The notes: generated by a model from the sequence alone, not told the origin. A DNA stretch of 64,000 nucleotides from Desulfomicrobium sp. (GCA_040768745.1 JAXGMI010000002.1:256001-320000), one strand, 5' to 3'; shown: positions 9,297 to 19,830, numbered from the stretch's first letter. Numbers and translations are program-made.

Positions 9297-10289
9297 TCAG
9301 AGCAATGAGGGCATGATTCCAGGGCCAGCGCCATCAAGGACCCCACAGCCGAGCAGTTCATCAAGCTCTGCCAGCAGGCGATCCTTGTCCTTGGGCAAGC
9401 GGCCGGCCAGGGGGAGGATGTTCGATGCATGATCCGCCCGGAAGACAGATTGGCCCAGCTCAAGTCCCTGAATGATGGCCCGAAGCTCGAGCACTGCCTC
9501 CATCTCGGTCAATGGGACAAAATGTCCCGCTCTGATCCAACGGGCCAAGAGAGTTCCTGCAACCGGAACAAGGCGCAGGCAGGACAAAAGTTGAGGCTGC
9601 ATCGCATTCAGGGTCTGGACAGTTCCGTCGATGTGCTCTGCGGAATGTTTTTGTCCGCCAAGACCGATCAGCACCATAACCGAGATGTTCAGTCCGGCCC
9701 GCTGGACACGTTGACACCCTTTGACCATGTCCAGGGCCGAGGTCCCTTTACGCATGAGTTTGAGGACGGCCTCGGATCCGCTTTCCAGGCCGAGATAGAG
9801 GGTGTGCAGACCCGCTTGGCGCAAGGAGAGGAGATCCTCTTCGGATTTGTTCATCATGGCCCGGGCAGAGGCATAACAGTTGACGCGCGCCAGGCGGGGG
9901 AAGGAAGCGCGCAGGAGGGCCAGGACAGCAGAAAGGGTTTCCCGCGGCAGGGCGAATACGTCCCCGTCAGCCAGAAAGACTCGCCGTGCATGCGGATGTT
10001 TCCTCGCGGCCTCGGCGATGCATGCGGTCAATTCTTCAGTGGCATATTCACGGTAGGGCACGCCCGTGTACATGGCACAGAACGCGCAGGCATTGTGCGG
10101 GCAGCCGTCCGCTACCCGGACAAGAACGCTCCCCGCCTCGGCGGGAGGACGGAACAGGGTGTGGCCCGCCGTGTTCACGGACGTCTCCGAGCTGTCCTGA
10201 TTGAGTGTTGGGTGGCCATGCTTCAACGGTTTTTCCGCGTCCAACTTGACGGGCAGGTGTCCATTTGTTGCGCGTCCAATGCCTGACAT
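9297..10289 (-). CDS. Radical SAM protein
   Basis: RPPAEA...GCPHNACAFC (CxxxCxxC), FLADGD, YLGLESG. The true start may be downstream. Confidence 0.9.
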   Translation of the reverse strand: MSGIGRATNGHLPVKLDAEKPLKHGHPTLNQDSSETSVNTAGHTLFRPPAEAGSVLVRVADGCPHNACAFCAMYTGVPYREYATEELTACIAEAARKHPHARRVFLADGDVFALPRETLSAVLALLRASFPRLARVNCYASARAMMNKSEEDLLSLRQAGLHTLYLGLESGSEAVLKLMRKGTSALDMVKGCQRVQRAGLNISVMVLIGLGGQKHSAEHIDGTVQTLNAMQPQLLSCLRLVPVAGTLLARWIRAGHFVPLTEMEAVLELRAIIQGLELGQSVFRADHASNILPLAGRLPKDKDRLLAELDELLGCGVLDGAGPGIMPSLL

Positions 10290-10393
10290 CCTGAATGCGT
10301 AGCTAATACTCTGAAATTATTTTTACAAGCCGGTATTTTTGATGATCTTCACACTTTTGCCAATACGTCCGTGTACTGGTAAGGGCCAGGGTC

Positions 10394-11890
10394 ATGAAAC
10401 ACGGCTTGCGCCTCGGCGACTATCTCGATCTGGAGTGGTTCTTGGACCAGGACCGGCATGCGGATTCCAGCCAAACCCTGGAACGGGATCGGCAATTGGG
10501 CCTGGCCGCTGCCTCTGACGGCATTCCGGCGAACAGATTTTTTTCCTATTGGTTGGCCCAGAGGCGGGCTGGAGAAAAGGAGGTCCTGCCTTCAGCACTG
10601 TTGCGCACGGTCCGCACCCTGACCCGCTGGGCCGTCGCTGCCCTCTGTCTTGGGTCAGGCATTTCCATGATCCGGGCCCTTTTGCTCTACTCCGGGGTCG
10701 AACCCATCAACATTTCGGTTTTTCTGCTCGTCGCGGTTGTGCCCCAGATCCTTCTCTGCGTAGCCGCACTGGTGGTCCTGGGAATCAAAAGCCGCGGAGA
10801 TTGGTCTGGTTTTTCACTTCTTTTCTCCTGTGTGCGTGCGTGGTTGGGTCGTGGCCGATCCAAGGCCGCCGGATTCATGAGCACCATGCTTTCCGGGCGG
10901 GGCTGGGCGGCCCGGATGCTGGCCATGGATTGCCTGGCATGCATGCAACTGGGGGGTCTTTGTTTTGCCCTGGGTTGTCTGACGGGTTTTCTGCTCAGTG
11001 TGGCCGTGACGGACTTGGCCTTTGGCTGGCAGTCAACCCTGCAGGTTGGGGCCCAGGGCATGCATGCCTTGGTGTCCATGCTGGCCCTGCCCTGGTCCTG
11101 GATGCCTGCATCATGGGGAGGAGCGCCCAGTCTGGCCCAGATCGAGGGAAGCCGCATCGTGCTCAAGGAGGGTATATCCACCCTGGTCAACGCCGACCTC
11201 GCCGCCTGGTGGCCGTTTCTGGGCTTTTGCCTTCTGGTGTACGCCGTGGTGCCACGATGTATTCTCCTGGCTTTCGCCGACCGCCGCTTGCGGAATATGG
11301 AACGGGTTTTCATGCATCCGGACGTGCGGCGCATTGTCGATCGGATGAGCGTTCCCCGACTCGACTCGGGCATGACAAAGGAGGCGCCCCCCGCAACCCT
11401 GCCCCTGGATGAGTTGGATGCACACAATGCAGTGGAAAACGTCCCGGCAGGACATGACCGCCCCAGACTTGGCTGCGTGCTTCTGCTTCCTCCGGAGCTC
11501 ATGGACCGCATTGCAGGGCGCGACCTGGCACAGCTGGGCAGGAGCGTCTATGGGTATGCGCCGGGACGAGTTTTCTGGACAGATCTTGAACAGGATGGAA
11601 TCAGTGACGTTCTGAAAGCCTGCTCTGGGCTTTCCTGGGAGGGAGACCATGAGCGCTATGCGGTTTTGGTGGAGGGGTGGCAGCCGCCCATCCGGGAAAA
11701 TCTGCTGGCCCTGAAACAATTGGGGCAGGATGCGAGGCAAAATCGCACCCTGAGTCTTATTCTGGCTGGGCGCCCCTCAGGAGACAACTGGCTGACAGCT
11801 CCCACTCAGATTGAACGGAAGGCCTGGATCGAGGCTGTGGAACGGCTTGACCCCTTACACATTGAAATTTTTGGAGCGGGTGCGGCATGA
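10394..11890 (+). CDS. Membrane protein, DUF2868-like
   Basis: Several TM segments, a DLAFGWQSTL motif and WWPFL..Y..PR. ATGA overlap with the GTPase gene. Confidence 0.75.
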   Translation: MKHGLRLGDYLDLEWFLDQDRHADSSQTLERDRQLGLAAASDGIPANRFFSYWLAQRRAGEKEVLPSALLRTVRTLTRWAVAALCLGSGISMIRALLLYSGVEPINISVFLLVAVVPQILLCVAALVVLGIKSRGDWSGFSLLFSCVRAWLGRGRSKAAGFMSTMLSGRGWAARMLAMDCLACMQLGGLCFALGCLTGFLLSVAVTDLAFGWQSTLQVGAQGMHALVSMLALPWSWMPASWGGAPSLAQIEGSRIVLKEGISTLVNADLAAWWPFLGFCLLVYAVVPRCILLAFADRRLRNMERVFMHPDVRRIVDRMSVPRLDSGMTKEAPPATLPLDELDAHNAVENVPAGHDRPRLGCVLLLPPELMDRIAGRDLAQLGRSVYGYAPGRVFWTDLEQDGISDVLKACSGLSWEGDHERYAVLVEGWQPPIRENLLALKQLGQDARQNRTLSLILAGRPSGDNWLTAPTQIERKAWIEAVERLDPLHIEIFGAGAA

Positions 11891-13290
11891 TCGCTCATCC
11901 CAGTTTTGCAGTCATCGGCCATCCCAACGAGGGGAAATCTTCTGTGGTGGCCACCCTGGTCGAGAACGACCGCATCCGTATCAGCCCCACGCCAGGGGAG
12001 ACCGTGGAGTCGACGTCCTATCCTGTCATCCTGGATGGAGAAACGGTCATTTCCTTCGTGGACACCCCCGGATTCCAGAACCCCCTCCAGACATTGGGAT
12101 GGATGCGCAAGTATCAGGGACCATCTCGGGACATGCTGGCCGCCTTCCTGCGTGAGTTCGGGGATGATCCGGGTATGACCCATGAATGCGAATTGCTCCG
12201 CCCCGTGGCAGCAGGGTCAGGAGTCATCTACGTTGTCGATGCATCCCGACCCTTGCGCCGGGTTGATCGGGCCGAGATGGAAATCCTGCGCCTGACCGGG
12301 AGGCCCCGTATGGCCATCATCAACTGCAAGACCGGAGAGGAAGGATTCCTGGAGGAATGGAAGGAGGAGTTCCGGAAACATTTCAACATGGTTCGAACCT
12401 TCAACGCCGTTCGGGCCACTTTTGCGGAGCGCATGCGCCTGCTGGAAAGCCTGCGCTCCATCGATCAGGACTGGGAACAGGCCCTGACCCGTGTGCAGGA
12501 AGCCTTTGTGCGTGACTGGGACAGGCGTCTTCGGGACTGTGCGGCCCTGGCCTGCCGCTTTCTGTCCGAGGTGCTGGCCATGTCCGAGACGACCAGTCTG
12601 TCCGAGGGGATTGATCGGAATGCGGTGGAACAACGGCTGACAATGCGCCTGGAGGCCCGCATCAGGAAGGCTGAGAGTGAGCTGCACAGGGCGGTGCGGG
12701 CGCATTTCCGGCACAATGTTTTCCAGGCCGATCTGCCGGAACAGTCCGTGTTGCGCCAGGATCTGTTCTCCAGGGCTACGTGGCGCGTTTTGGGCCTGAC
12801 CCGGACTCAGCTCGCATTCACGGCCGCTGCGGCAGGCGGGGCTGCAGGCGCCATGGTCGACATGGCTACGGCTGGCCACAGTCTGGGGCTCTTTGCCGTC
12901 CTGGGCGGGGCCGTTGGGGGCCTAGCCGCGTTGGTCAAGGGGGAGGATCTGGTCAACGAGCGCCTTCTGGGCCAGCGTCTCGGGAGCCAGGGTCTTCAGG
13001 TCGGGCCGGTCAAGACGGTGCAGTGGGTCTATGTTTTGCTCGATCGATTTCTGCTCTACTTCTGGCATGCCATCAATTGGGCCCACGCCAGGCCCGCCGA
13101 CCACGTTGTCCAGGACCCCGAGAAAGGCGGGAAGCTCGGTCTGACCAGCGCCTGGAGTCGCGAGGCCCGCAAACTCTGTGCCGATTTTTACACTGCCCGG
13201 ACCGAAGGCCGGGAAGAAAAGTCCGCGGAATTGGAGGTGCGATTGGAGCAATTTCTGGACGAGGAATTGCACCGGTTGTCCTCCAGCTGA
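11887..13290 (+). CDS. P-loop GTPase with DUF3482-like C-terminus
   Basis: G1 GHPNEGKSS, G2 TPGET, G3 DTPG, followed by a helical region and a Gly/Ala-rich hydrophobic hairpin. Confidence 0.82.
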   Translation: MIAHPSFAVIGHPNEGKSSVVATLVENDRIRISPTPGETVESTSYPVILDGETVISFVDTPGFQNPLQTLGWMRKYQGPSRDMLAAFLREFGDDPGMTHECELLRPVAAGSGVIYVVDASRPLRRVDRAEMEILRLTGRPRMAIINCKTGEEGFLEEWKEEFRKHFNMVRTFNAVRATFAERMRLLESLRSIDQDWEQALTRVQEAFVRDWDRRLRDCAALACRFLSEVLAMSETTSLSEGIDRNAVEQRLTMRLEARIRKAESELHRAVRAHFRHNVFQADLPEQSVLRQDLFSRATWRVLGLTRTQLAFTAAAAGGAAGAMVDMATAGHSLGLFAVLGGAVGGLAALVKGEDLVNERLLGQRLGSQGLQVGPVKTVQWVYVLLDRFLLYFWHAINWAHARPADHVVQDPEKGGKLGLTSAWSREARKLCADFYTARTEGREEKSAELEVRLEQFLDEELHRLSSS

Positions 13291-13438
13291 CATCTCGGGC
13301 CCCGCGCGGTCCTGGCACCCTGTTGTCCCGTTCACCCAGGCTCTGCAGCTGCTGCATCCTCCCCGCAAAAGACCTCGCCTGCGCTTCCACGGACCATGCG
13401 CATGGACTTCAACGGCCCACTGGTCAATGGATATGAAT

Positions 13439-15253
13439 TCAGAATTCCTCCTCCAGCGCGTCCTGGAATTGACCGCTGGTGAAAAGGTCCCGCAGTACAA
13501 GAGGACTGCCCGGATCATCCTTGGAAAACAGGGCCACGATGGGGATGGACTTGGAGCCCAGACTTTCCAGCAGGTGCATGAGTTTGGGATCGTGACGGGT
13601 CAGGTCCACGCGCAACAGGACAGCGTCATGCTTTTCGGCCAGGCGCGCACTCTGTTCAGGAGTGAGCACCGTCTTTTCCAGAAACTTGCAGTTGGGGCAC
13701 CAGTCAGCAGTGAAATCCAGAACGAGATTTTTTTGCCCCAAGAGATTTTCGAACTGGTCCATTTCGAAGGGTCGCCATGGATCCACATGCTCGCTCGGCC
13801 GGAACAGAAACACGGCCGTCAGCACCACCATGATGATCCCTGCTCCACGGATGGACCACCTTTTTCGGCGGCCTTGGTTCAGGTTGGTCCATTGGCCCCA
13901 CATCCAGGCAGCCATGGCGATGACCCAGAGCAGAATCAGCACATTGAGATATTCTGAGGCAGGGAGCAGCCCAAAGAGGTAGACGCAGGTCCCGGCCAGG
14001 AGAAAGCCGAGAATACGCTCAAGATGCACTGTCCATGTTCCCGGCCTGGGCAGAAATCGATACAGATTCGGAAAAAGGGCCATGACCAGATACGGCGAGG
14101 CCATGCCGAACCCGATGCAACTCAGCACCAGGGCGATGATTCTTGGCGGCTGGATCAGGGCCCAGGCCAGCACGCCTCCCAGAAACGGGCCGCTGCAGGG
14201 CGTGGCCAGAACCGTGGCCAGCACGCCCGTGGTGAAAGACTCCAGTTGGGGATGGTGCACAACACCGTGGCCGGTTTTGCCTTTGAGGTCGATGAGGGGG
14301 AGGTCGTAGATCCCGAAAAGGCTCAGCGACAGGGCAAACACGATGGCCGTGAGGGAGATGATGGCGCTTGGCTGCTGGAATATCTGCCCCCAGGCCATGC
14401 CCGTCATGGCGATGATTCCTGCCAGGACCAGAAAATAGAGCATCATGCCCAGGGCAAAGAAAAGATTGTGCGCCCGGAATGCCCGCCGCTGATCCGAAGG
14501 GATGCTGCCCGCGACAGGGATGAAGGATCTCAGTTTCAGGGTGATGACCGGCAGTACGCACGGCATGAAATTGAGGATCAAACCGGCCACAAAAGCCAGA
14601 ATTGCGGCTTTGGACAGGGTATGGACCTCCAGGCCGGGTGCGAAATAACGTGGTTTGAAGGCCAGGGCCGGGGCCGATCCGGTCATGGTTTCTGCCTCGG
14701 AGGCGTTGGCCGATGGCAGCGCCGGCGTGATGGCAGGGTCTTGGCTTGCGTTCAGAAAGAGTGCCCACCACGACTGCTTTTCGGCCTCGGGGAGGGCGGA
14801 GTAGTGCGTGGCATTGAGGGACAACTCGCGTTCTTCACGCAGGGGCTGGCAGGTGGTGGAAGAGCAGAGCAGGGCGTCCAGACGTACCCGCAACTCCAGG
14901 TTGGCTGGTTCCAGGGGAATGAAGAAGGGCGTGGGGCCTTCGTAGAGGTGTACGGTCAGACTGGGATCAAGCGGATCCGGCCCTGGGGATGGCGGTGGAT
15001 AGAGGGCAGAGACCGGCTTTCCGTTCGCCGTTCCGGACACTGCCGTGGGAAATCCCGACGGACCCGGAAGGGGACCGTAGGCGTGCACTCCGTGCGCAGG
15101 GGTCAGCGTCAGGACGGCCAGTATCTGTTTGTTGCCCGTGCGGAACGCTTCGAGCTGCAGCGAGTAGGGAGACTCATTGCCCAGCCCCAAGGACGGGAGC
15201 AAGATGGTTACAACTATTTCCGCCAGAAAGAGAAGTCGACGAAAAGTGTTCAT
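13439..15253 (-). CDS. dsbD: DsbD-family thiol:disulfide interchange protein
   Basis: N-terminal CSSTTC, TM motifs NFMPCVLP and ATPCSGP, C-terminal thioredoxin FTADWCPNC. Start taken at MNTFRR. Confidence 0.88.
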   Translation of the reverse strand: MNTFRRLLFLAEIVVTILLPSLGLGNESPYSLQLEAFRTGNKQILAVLTLTPAHGVHAYGPLPGPSGFPTAVSGTANGKPVSALYPPPSPGPDPLDPSLTVHLYEGPTPFFIPLEPANLELRVRLDALLCSSTTCQPLREERELSLNATHYSALPEAEKQSWWALFLNASQDPAITPALPSANASEAETMTGSAPALAFKPRYFAPGLEVHTLSKAAILAFVAGLILNFMPCVLPVITLKLRSFIPVAGSIPSDQRRAFRAHNLFFALGMMLYFLVLAGIIAMTGMAWGQIFQQPSAIISLTAIVFALSLSLFGIYDLPLIDLKGKTGHGVVHHPQLESFTTGVLATVLATPCSGPFLGGVLAWALIQPPRIIALVLSCIGFGMASPYLVMALFPNLYRFLPRPGTWTVHLERILGFLLAGTCVYLFGLLPASEYLNVLILLWVIAMAAWMWGQWTNLNQGRRKRWSIRGAGIIMVVLTAVFLFRPSEHVDPWRPFEMDQFENLLGQKNLVLDFTADWCPNCKFLEKTVLTPEQSARLAEKHDAVLLRVDLTRHDPKLMHLLESLGSKSIPIVALFSKDDPGSPLVLRDLFTSGQFQDALEEEF

Positions 15254-15405
15254 GCGGACCACGCGGTTGGGTGAGTCGGAAAATTGTGTACGATCTTTGA
15301 AACAGAGCAATTCTGTACCCTGAAGTCAATTCCGTCACTACAACATCAATGCATGACTGATGGCCTGCCCAAGGCGATCCGGAGCATGGCGAGTGGCTGT
15401 GCACA

Positions 15406-16062
15406 TCAGAGCCGCTTTTTGTCCCTTTCTGTGCGCAGCCAAGCGTACCAGGCATCCATGCCCTGACCAGTGGTGGCGGACAAGGGAAAGATCTGGATTG
15501 CAGGGTTGACAGCACAGGCGAAGGAGGACGCCCGTTCCACACTGAAATTGACGTAGGGCAGCAGGTCGATCTTGTTCAGGATCATGACCTGTGATTGCGC
15601 GAAGATAAATGGATATTTTTCAGGCTTGTCGTCCCCCTCGGTCACGCTCAGAATGGTCACCTTGTAGTCTTCACCCACGCTGAATTCAGCCGGGCAGACA
15701 AGGTTGCCCACATTTTCTATGACCAGGATGTCGACTTCATCCAGTTTCAGCTTGGCACACGCCTCGCGGACCATGGCGCCGTCAAGGTGACAGCCTCCAT
15801 CGGTATTGATCTGGATGGCCTGCGCGCCCGTGGCGGCCACGCGGCGCGCGTCGTTTTCGGTCTGGCAATCCCCCTCGATGACGGCCATGCAGAATTCGTG
15901 CTTGAGATCGGTCAAGGTGCGCTCCAAGAGGGTGGTCTTGCCGGAACCTGGAGAGCTCATCAGGTTCAAGGTCAGAATGCCTTTGGCCGTAAGCCGGGCA
16001 TTCAATTCTGCGGCCACTGCGTCGTTGGCCTCCAGGATGTTGCGGACCACGTCGACTTTCAT
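15406..16062 (-). CDS. hypB: Hydrogenase nickel incorporation GTPase
   Basis: SSPGSGKT, GGCHLD, ENVGNLVCPA, EGDDKP, NKIDL. Confidence 0.96.
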   Translation of the reverse strand: MKVDVVRNILEANDAVAAELNARLTAKGILTLNLMSSPGSGKTTLLERTLTDLKHEFCMAVIEGDCQTENDARRVAATGAQAIQINTDGGCHLDGAMVREACAKLKLDEVDILVIENVGNLVCPAEFSVGEDYKVTILSVTEGDDKPEKYPFIFAQSQVMILNKIDLLPYVNFSVERASSFACAVNPAIQIFPLSATTGQGMDAWYAWLRTERDKKRL

Positions 16063-16075
16063 GCGTTCCTCCAGG

Positions 16076-16429
16076 TTATTCAGCTTCGATGTGCTCGATA
16101 TAGAGTTCTCTTCCGGAAATGATCGCGTGTCCCAGCTCCGTAGAACACTCGGGGCAGGGCATGAGGATGCGCTCTTCATGGCTGGGACTGAATTCGTGTC
16201 CGCACTGTCGGCAACGGACCTTCATGGGCTTGACCTCCACCTCGATTTTTGCTCCCGCCAGATGGGTATCCAGGGTCAGGACCTCGAACGCCGTCTCCAG
16301 CGCCTCGGGCACTATGGCTGAGATCTGGCCAGTGACTACCTTGACCAGGAGCAGTTTCTTGAGTCCGTGCCTGGTCATCTCCTCGCCAATGATCGTGATC
16401 AGGCTTTCGGCAATGGACAGTTCGTGCAT
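16076..16429 (-). CDS. hypA: Hydrogenase maturation nickel metallochaperone
   Basis: MHELSIA N-terminus, two CxxC motifs, GRELYI. Confidence 0.96.
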   Translation of the reverse strand: MHELSIAESLITIIGEEMTRHGLKKLLLVKVVTGQISAIVPEALETAFEVLTLDTHLAGAKIEVEVKPMKVRCRQCGHEFSPSHEERILMPCPECSTELGHAIISGRELYIEHIEAE

Positions 16430-16447
16430 GTTTTCTCCGGGGAGAGG

Positions 16448-16777
16448 CTAGGATCGGCGCTCCGACGCGTAAGCTGTGTCCAGGGCGTTGTCCAGGTCGA
16501 TTCGTGTCCGGGTCAGAAGACCGTTGGCCAAGGTGTACCGGTGCATTTCCCAATCCTGGTGATTGATGACGTCAATGATCCCGCGCGCATCGGGTCCCAG
16601 GATGGCCAGCATGGCCTCCAGGTCGCTGTCGAGGTCCAGGAATGGCCCTTCGTGCACAAAATCAAGCACATGCCCCCGGGCCTCGCATTCGTAACCAGAA
16701 AAAACTGTCGTGCATGCGCGGATCTGGGACTCGTCCAGTCCTGTCAGGTGGCCGTAGACGCGAAAATCGCGGGACAT
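16448..16777 (-). CDS. Hypothetical protein (109 aa)
   Basis: Fills the gap in a co-oriented LysM-hypA-hypB run, has an RBS (AGGA) and protein-like composition. Confidence 0.75.
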   Translation of the reverse strand: MSRDFRVYGHLTGLDESQIRACTTVFSGYECEARGHVLDFVHEGPFLDLDSDLEAMLAILGPDARGIIDVINHQDWEMHRYTLANGLLTRTRIDLDNALDTAYASERRS

Positions 16778-16791
16778 GGAATTCCTTGGGG

Positions 16792-18429
16792 CTAATCGTG
16801 GAGAATGAAACAGTGGTAGCCGTATTGGGAAAGAACGGAAACCAGGTACTCGTCGGAAAAACGTCTGTCCAACAAGGCGATTTTGTGTGCGCTTGGAGCA
16901 ATTGTCCAGGCCGGGATCTGAATCTCGATGCGACGATCAACGCCTCCAGCCCAGGAGGCCTGGGCCATGCCCTGCCGCAGCATGTCCTTGTCCCTGAGCA
17001 GTTGCAGCAGGCTGGCCATGTTTTCAGGCAATGTCTGCCCGAAGAGTTCTTCGGGGTTTTCAGGGTTCATGGCCCGGATCACGTCCAGATGGGTGGCCAC
17101 TGGCACGTATATGGATTCACGGGGGCGGGCGGGAAGCCTTGAGAGTTCATTCATTTCGTCAAGTTCAATGATTTTGATCCGGCTGGGTTCGAGTATTTCT
17201 GGCAGGTTCTGCGGCAGGGGGGCTTCCGCTGCCTGCCTGGACCAGATCACATAGACATTTTTCTGGCCAGAGTATTCGATGATGGCTGTCAGCGGAGAGC
17301 GCAGGGACATGCTCAACCCGTTACGGGACAACACCAGATCCCTGTCCGCAGCCCACAGCCGGAAATTGTTCGGAAAGCTGGCGGCCAGTTTTTGCAAGAC
17401 TTCCCGCAGGGACCAGGACGGGGAGACAGAGCAGACCCGCATGCCCAGTGTGTTGGCATCACTGATCCACTCCGAACTCTTGGGCACGGGACAGAGAATG
17501 ACTTTTCCCCCCCATGGTGTTTCGAGCAGCGGGGTCTCCGGCATTTTGATCCGCAGCCAGCCCTTGCCCGGCACAGGATACATGGCCTCGTCCCCCGGCG
17601 TGAAGCTGAAGCGCATCTGTTCCAGCATGGAGCGCACAAAAGTCAGCCCTAGCACCGGCGTGCGAGTCTGAAGATCCTCGGATTTCGTGGGATTGACGGT
17701 CGCTGTTTCGATGGGAGAAGGGGGAATCGGCTCTGCCTGGGGTGTCATTGGAGAAGATGGGCGGGAAATTTCTGGAGAATTTGTGCCGGGCCCGGAAGAA
17801 GAGGATTTGCGCACTGTCAGGTATGGCAGGGGCGATGGCTCGGATTTGGGTGGTGTTCTGGCTGCCGTGTCCGCTGGGCGCGCAGAGGCTTGTGCTTTGG
17901 GCACGGGCACACTGATGTGCTGGCCGACGCGCAGGAGATCGGGATTTCGCACATCGGGATTGAGTTCCAGAAAGAGGGGCATGTACGAGCTGAAGATGAG
18001 CTCCTTTGATACGCCCTGGGACTCCAAAATTTCTGTCAGGGTATCGCCGCTGCGCACGATATAGGGCAATCTTGTGTAGGAGTCTGGCAGAGTCAGGGCA
18101 GGGGAAGGCTGTTTTGGGGCCGAGGCCGGAGCCACGTGTCCCGGAAGAAGAATGATTTGTCCAGGTCGCAGCGTGTTGAGGTCCGGGATATGCGGATTCA
18201 GCTGCTGCACCGTGGGCAGGAGACCGTGGATCTGGCTGGAGGAATAGCCCTTGTTGGTCAGGATCCTGACCAGCCACTCACCTTTTTGAACGGTGTGTTC
18301 CTGTCCGTCGGGGTATTCGGAAGGGATGCTTTTCTCGAAAAAAAGCCGCATCGGTTTTTCCGCGAATCCGGGCGCGGTTCTGCTTGTCAGGATGCACATG
18401 CCGAGAATAAGGAGATAAACACGTTTCAT
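16792..18429 (-). CDS. Exported LysM-domain protein
   Basis: Signal peptide MKRVYLLIL, two LysM-like repeats (HTVQKGE...LNP...LRPGQ; YIVRSGDTL...LNP...LRVGQ) and a Pro/Ser-rich linker. Confidence 0.85.
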   Translation of the reverse strand: MKRVYLLILGMCILTSRTAPGFAEKPMRLFFEKSIPSEYPDGQEHTVQKGEWLVRILTNKGYSSSQIHGLLPTVQQLNPHIPDLNTLRPGQIILLPGHVAPASAPKQPSPALTLPDSYTRLPYIVRSGDTLTEILESQGVSKELIFSSYMPLFLELNPDVRNPDLLRVGQHISVPVPKAQASARPADTAARTPPKSEPSPLPYLTVRKSSSSGPGTNSPEISRPSSPMTPQAEPIPPSPIETATVNPTKSEDLQTRTPVLGLTFVRSMLEQMRFSFTPGDEAMYPVPGKGWLRIKMPETPLLETPWGGKVILCPVPKSSEWISDANTLGMRVCSVSPSWSLREVLQKLAASFPNNFRLWAADRDLVLSRNGLSMSLRSPLTAIIEYSGQKNVYVIWSRQAAEAPLPQNLPEILEPSRIKIIELDEMNELSRLPARPRESIYVPVATHLDVIRAMNPENPEELFGQTLPENMASLLQLLRDKDMLRQGMAQASWAGGVDRRIEIQIPAWTIAPSAHKIALLDRRFSDEYLVSVLSQYGYHCFILHD

Positions 18430-18568
18430 TGTCGGGCTTTCACGTCCGGGACCGTCGTTGCTGACGGGCAATTCCATCAATGGAAACAAGAAACTAGCAA
18501 AAAGGTTTGAGGCTGTCACTGCATTGCGCCTCATGGAATTCACCGTGAACACGCTCAAGGAGTAGACC

Positions 18569-19222
18569 ATGTATGTAGGCTTGGCCATGCACAAGCATGT
18601 CCCCACCATCACCTCGGATACGCTGATCACAAAGGCCGACAAAATGATGGAGGAACATAAGCTTTGGATTTTGTTGGTTGTTGAAGATGGGATGCTGAAA
18701 GGGTTTGTCGCCAAGGAAGACATCCGGGCCGCCCTTCCGTCCGGTGCGACGACGTTCAGCAAGCACGAGCTGAACTACCTCTTGTCCAAGATGACGGTGA
18801 AAGAACTGGTCCGCTGCGGCATGCCCACCGTTACGCCTGAAACCGAGATAGAGGTCGCGGCCAAGATCATGCATGATCGGGACCTGGCCGGTTTGGCTGT
18901 GGTCGACAAGGACAACCGCCTCAAAGGGTATATCAGCCGCGGGTCCATGCTGGCTGTGCTGGTGGAAGAAATGGGACTGGAGCTGGGAGGGTCGCGCATT
19001 GCCATCGAGGTCGAGGACCGTAAGGGTCTGATGACCGAGGTCAGCCGGGTGTTCTTCGACCTGGGGGTGAACATTCTGTCCACGTCGACGTTTTTCCGGG
19101 GCAACAAGCGCCTGCTCGTCTTCCGCATCGAGTCCGCTGATGCCACAGCGATAGCAAAGGTTCTCACGGACAGGGGCTACAGGATCGCCGGACCCGAACG
19201 GTTCGAGCACGAGTGGGCATAG
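18569..19222 (+). CDS. CBS + ACT domain protein (AcuB-like)
   Basis: Tandem CBS domains, PSGATTFSKHELNYLL, C-terminal ACT (EDRKGLM...GVNILS). RBS AGGAG. Confidence 0.88.
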   Translation: MYVGLAMHKHVPTITSDTLITKADKMMEEHKLWILLVVEDGMLKGFVAKEDIRAALPSGATTFSKHELNYLLSKMTVKELVRCGMPTVTPETEIEVAAKIMHDRDLAGLAVVDKDNRLKGYISRGSMLAVLVEEMGLELGGSRIAIEVEDRKGLMTEVSRVFFDLGVNILSTSTFFRGNKRLLVFRIESADATAIAKVLTDRGYRIAGPERFEHEWA

Positions 19223-19341
19223 GCTGCCGCATTCGTTTTTCCAGGCCGGTGCGGGGCAGGCCCTGGTGAGCAGCCGGGGCGCTGCACAACCTTTGTCCAG
19301 CACGCCTGATTTTTTGGACGTCCTCTTTCAAGGAGTGTGAC

Positions 19342-19767
19342 ATGCTGTGGATTCATCCTTTGCTTCAGCTTTTTGCTACGGGTCTTGCCGTGTACGTGCT
19401 CTCCCTCGGCTGGGTCCGGTTCCAGTCCAATCATTTCGGCAAGACAGGCAAATTCCAGTGGATGGAGCACGTCAAGTTCGGGAAATACGCCCATATCCTG
19501 TGGATGAGCGGCCTGGTGTTGGGCCAGTATGCCGTGAGCAAGTATTGGGGCAGCAACGGCGTCACGGGCAATCACTACTGGATCGGACAGCTGATGATGC
19601 CCTGTATTGCCGGGGGGTACATCACAGGGGTGATCATGGATCGCAACAAGCAGAGGCGGCAGTACATGCCCCTCGTTCACGGGGTATTCAACGCCCTGGC
19701 CGTGGTTTTGGCCCTGGCGCAAGCGGTTACCGGAGCGATTGTCATCCGGGATTTCATGCTGCTCTGA
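19342..19767 (+). CDS. Four-TM membrane protein (DUF4079-like)
   Basis: MLWIHP N-terminus, His residues in the TM helices, RBS AGGAG. Confidence 0.72.
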   Translation: MLWIHPLLQLFATGLAVYVLSLGWVRFQSNHFGKTGKFQWMEHVKFGKYAHILWMSGLVLGQYAVSKYWGSNGVTGNHYWIGQLMMPCIAGGYITGVIMDRNKQRRQYMPLVHGVFNALAVVLALAQAVTGAIVIRDFMLL

Positions 19768-19830
19768 GCAGCCCGTTTCGCTCCAAAGGCAACCTGCGCA
19801 GAACATCCGTTGTGTTGAGGCCGCCAAGGC

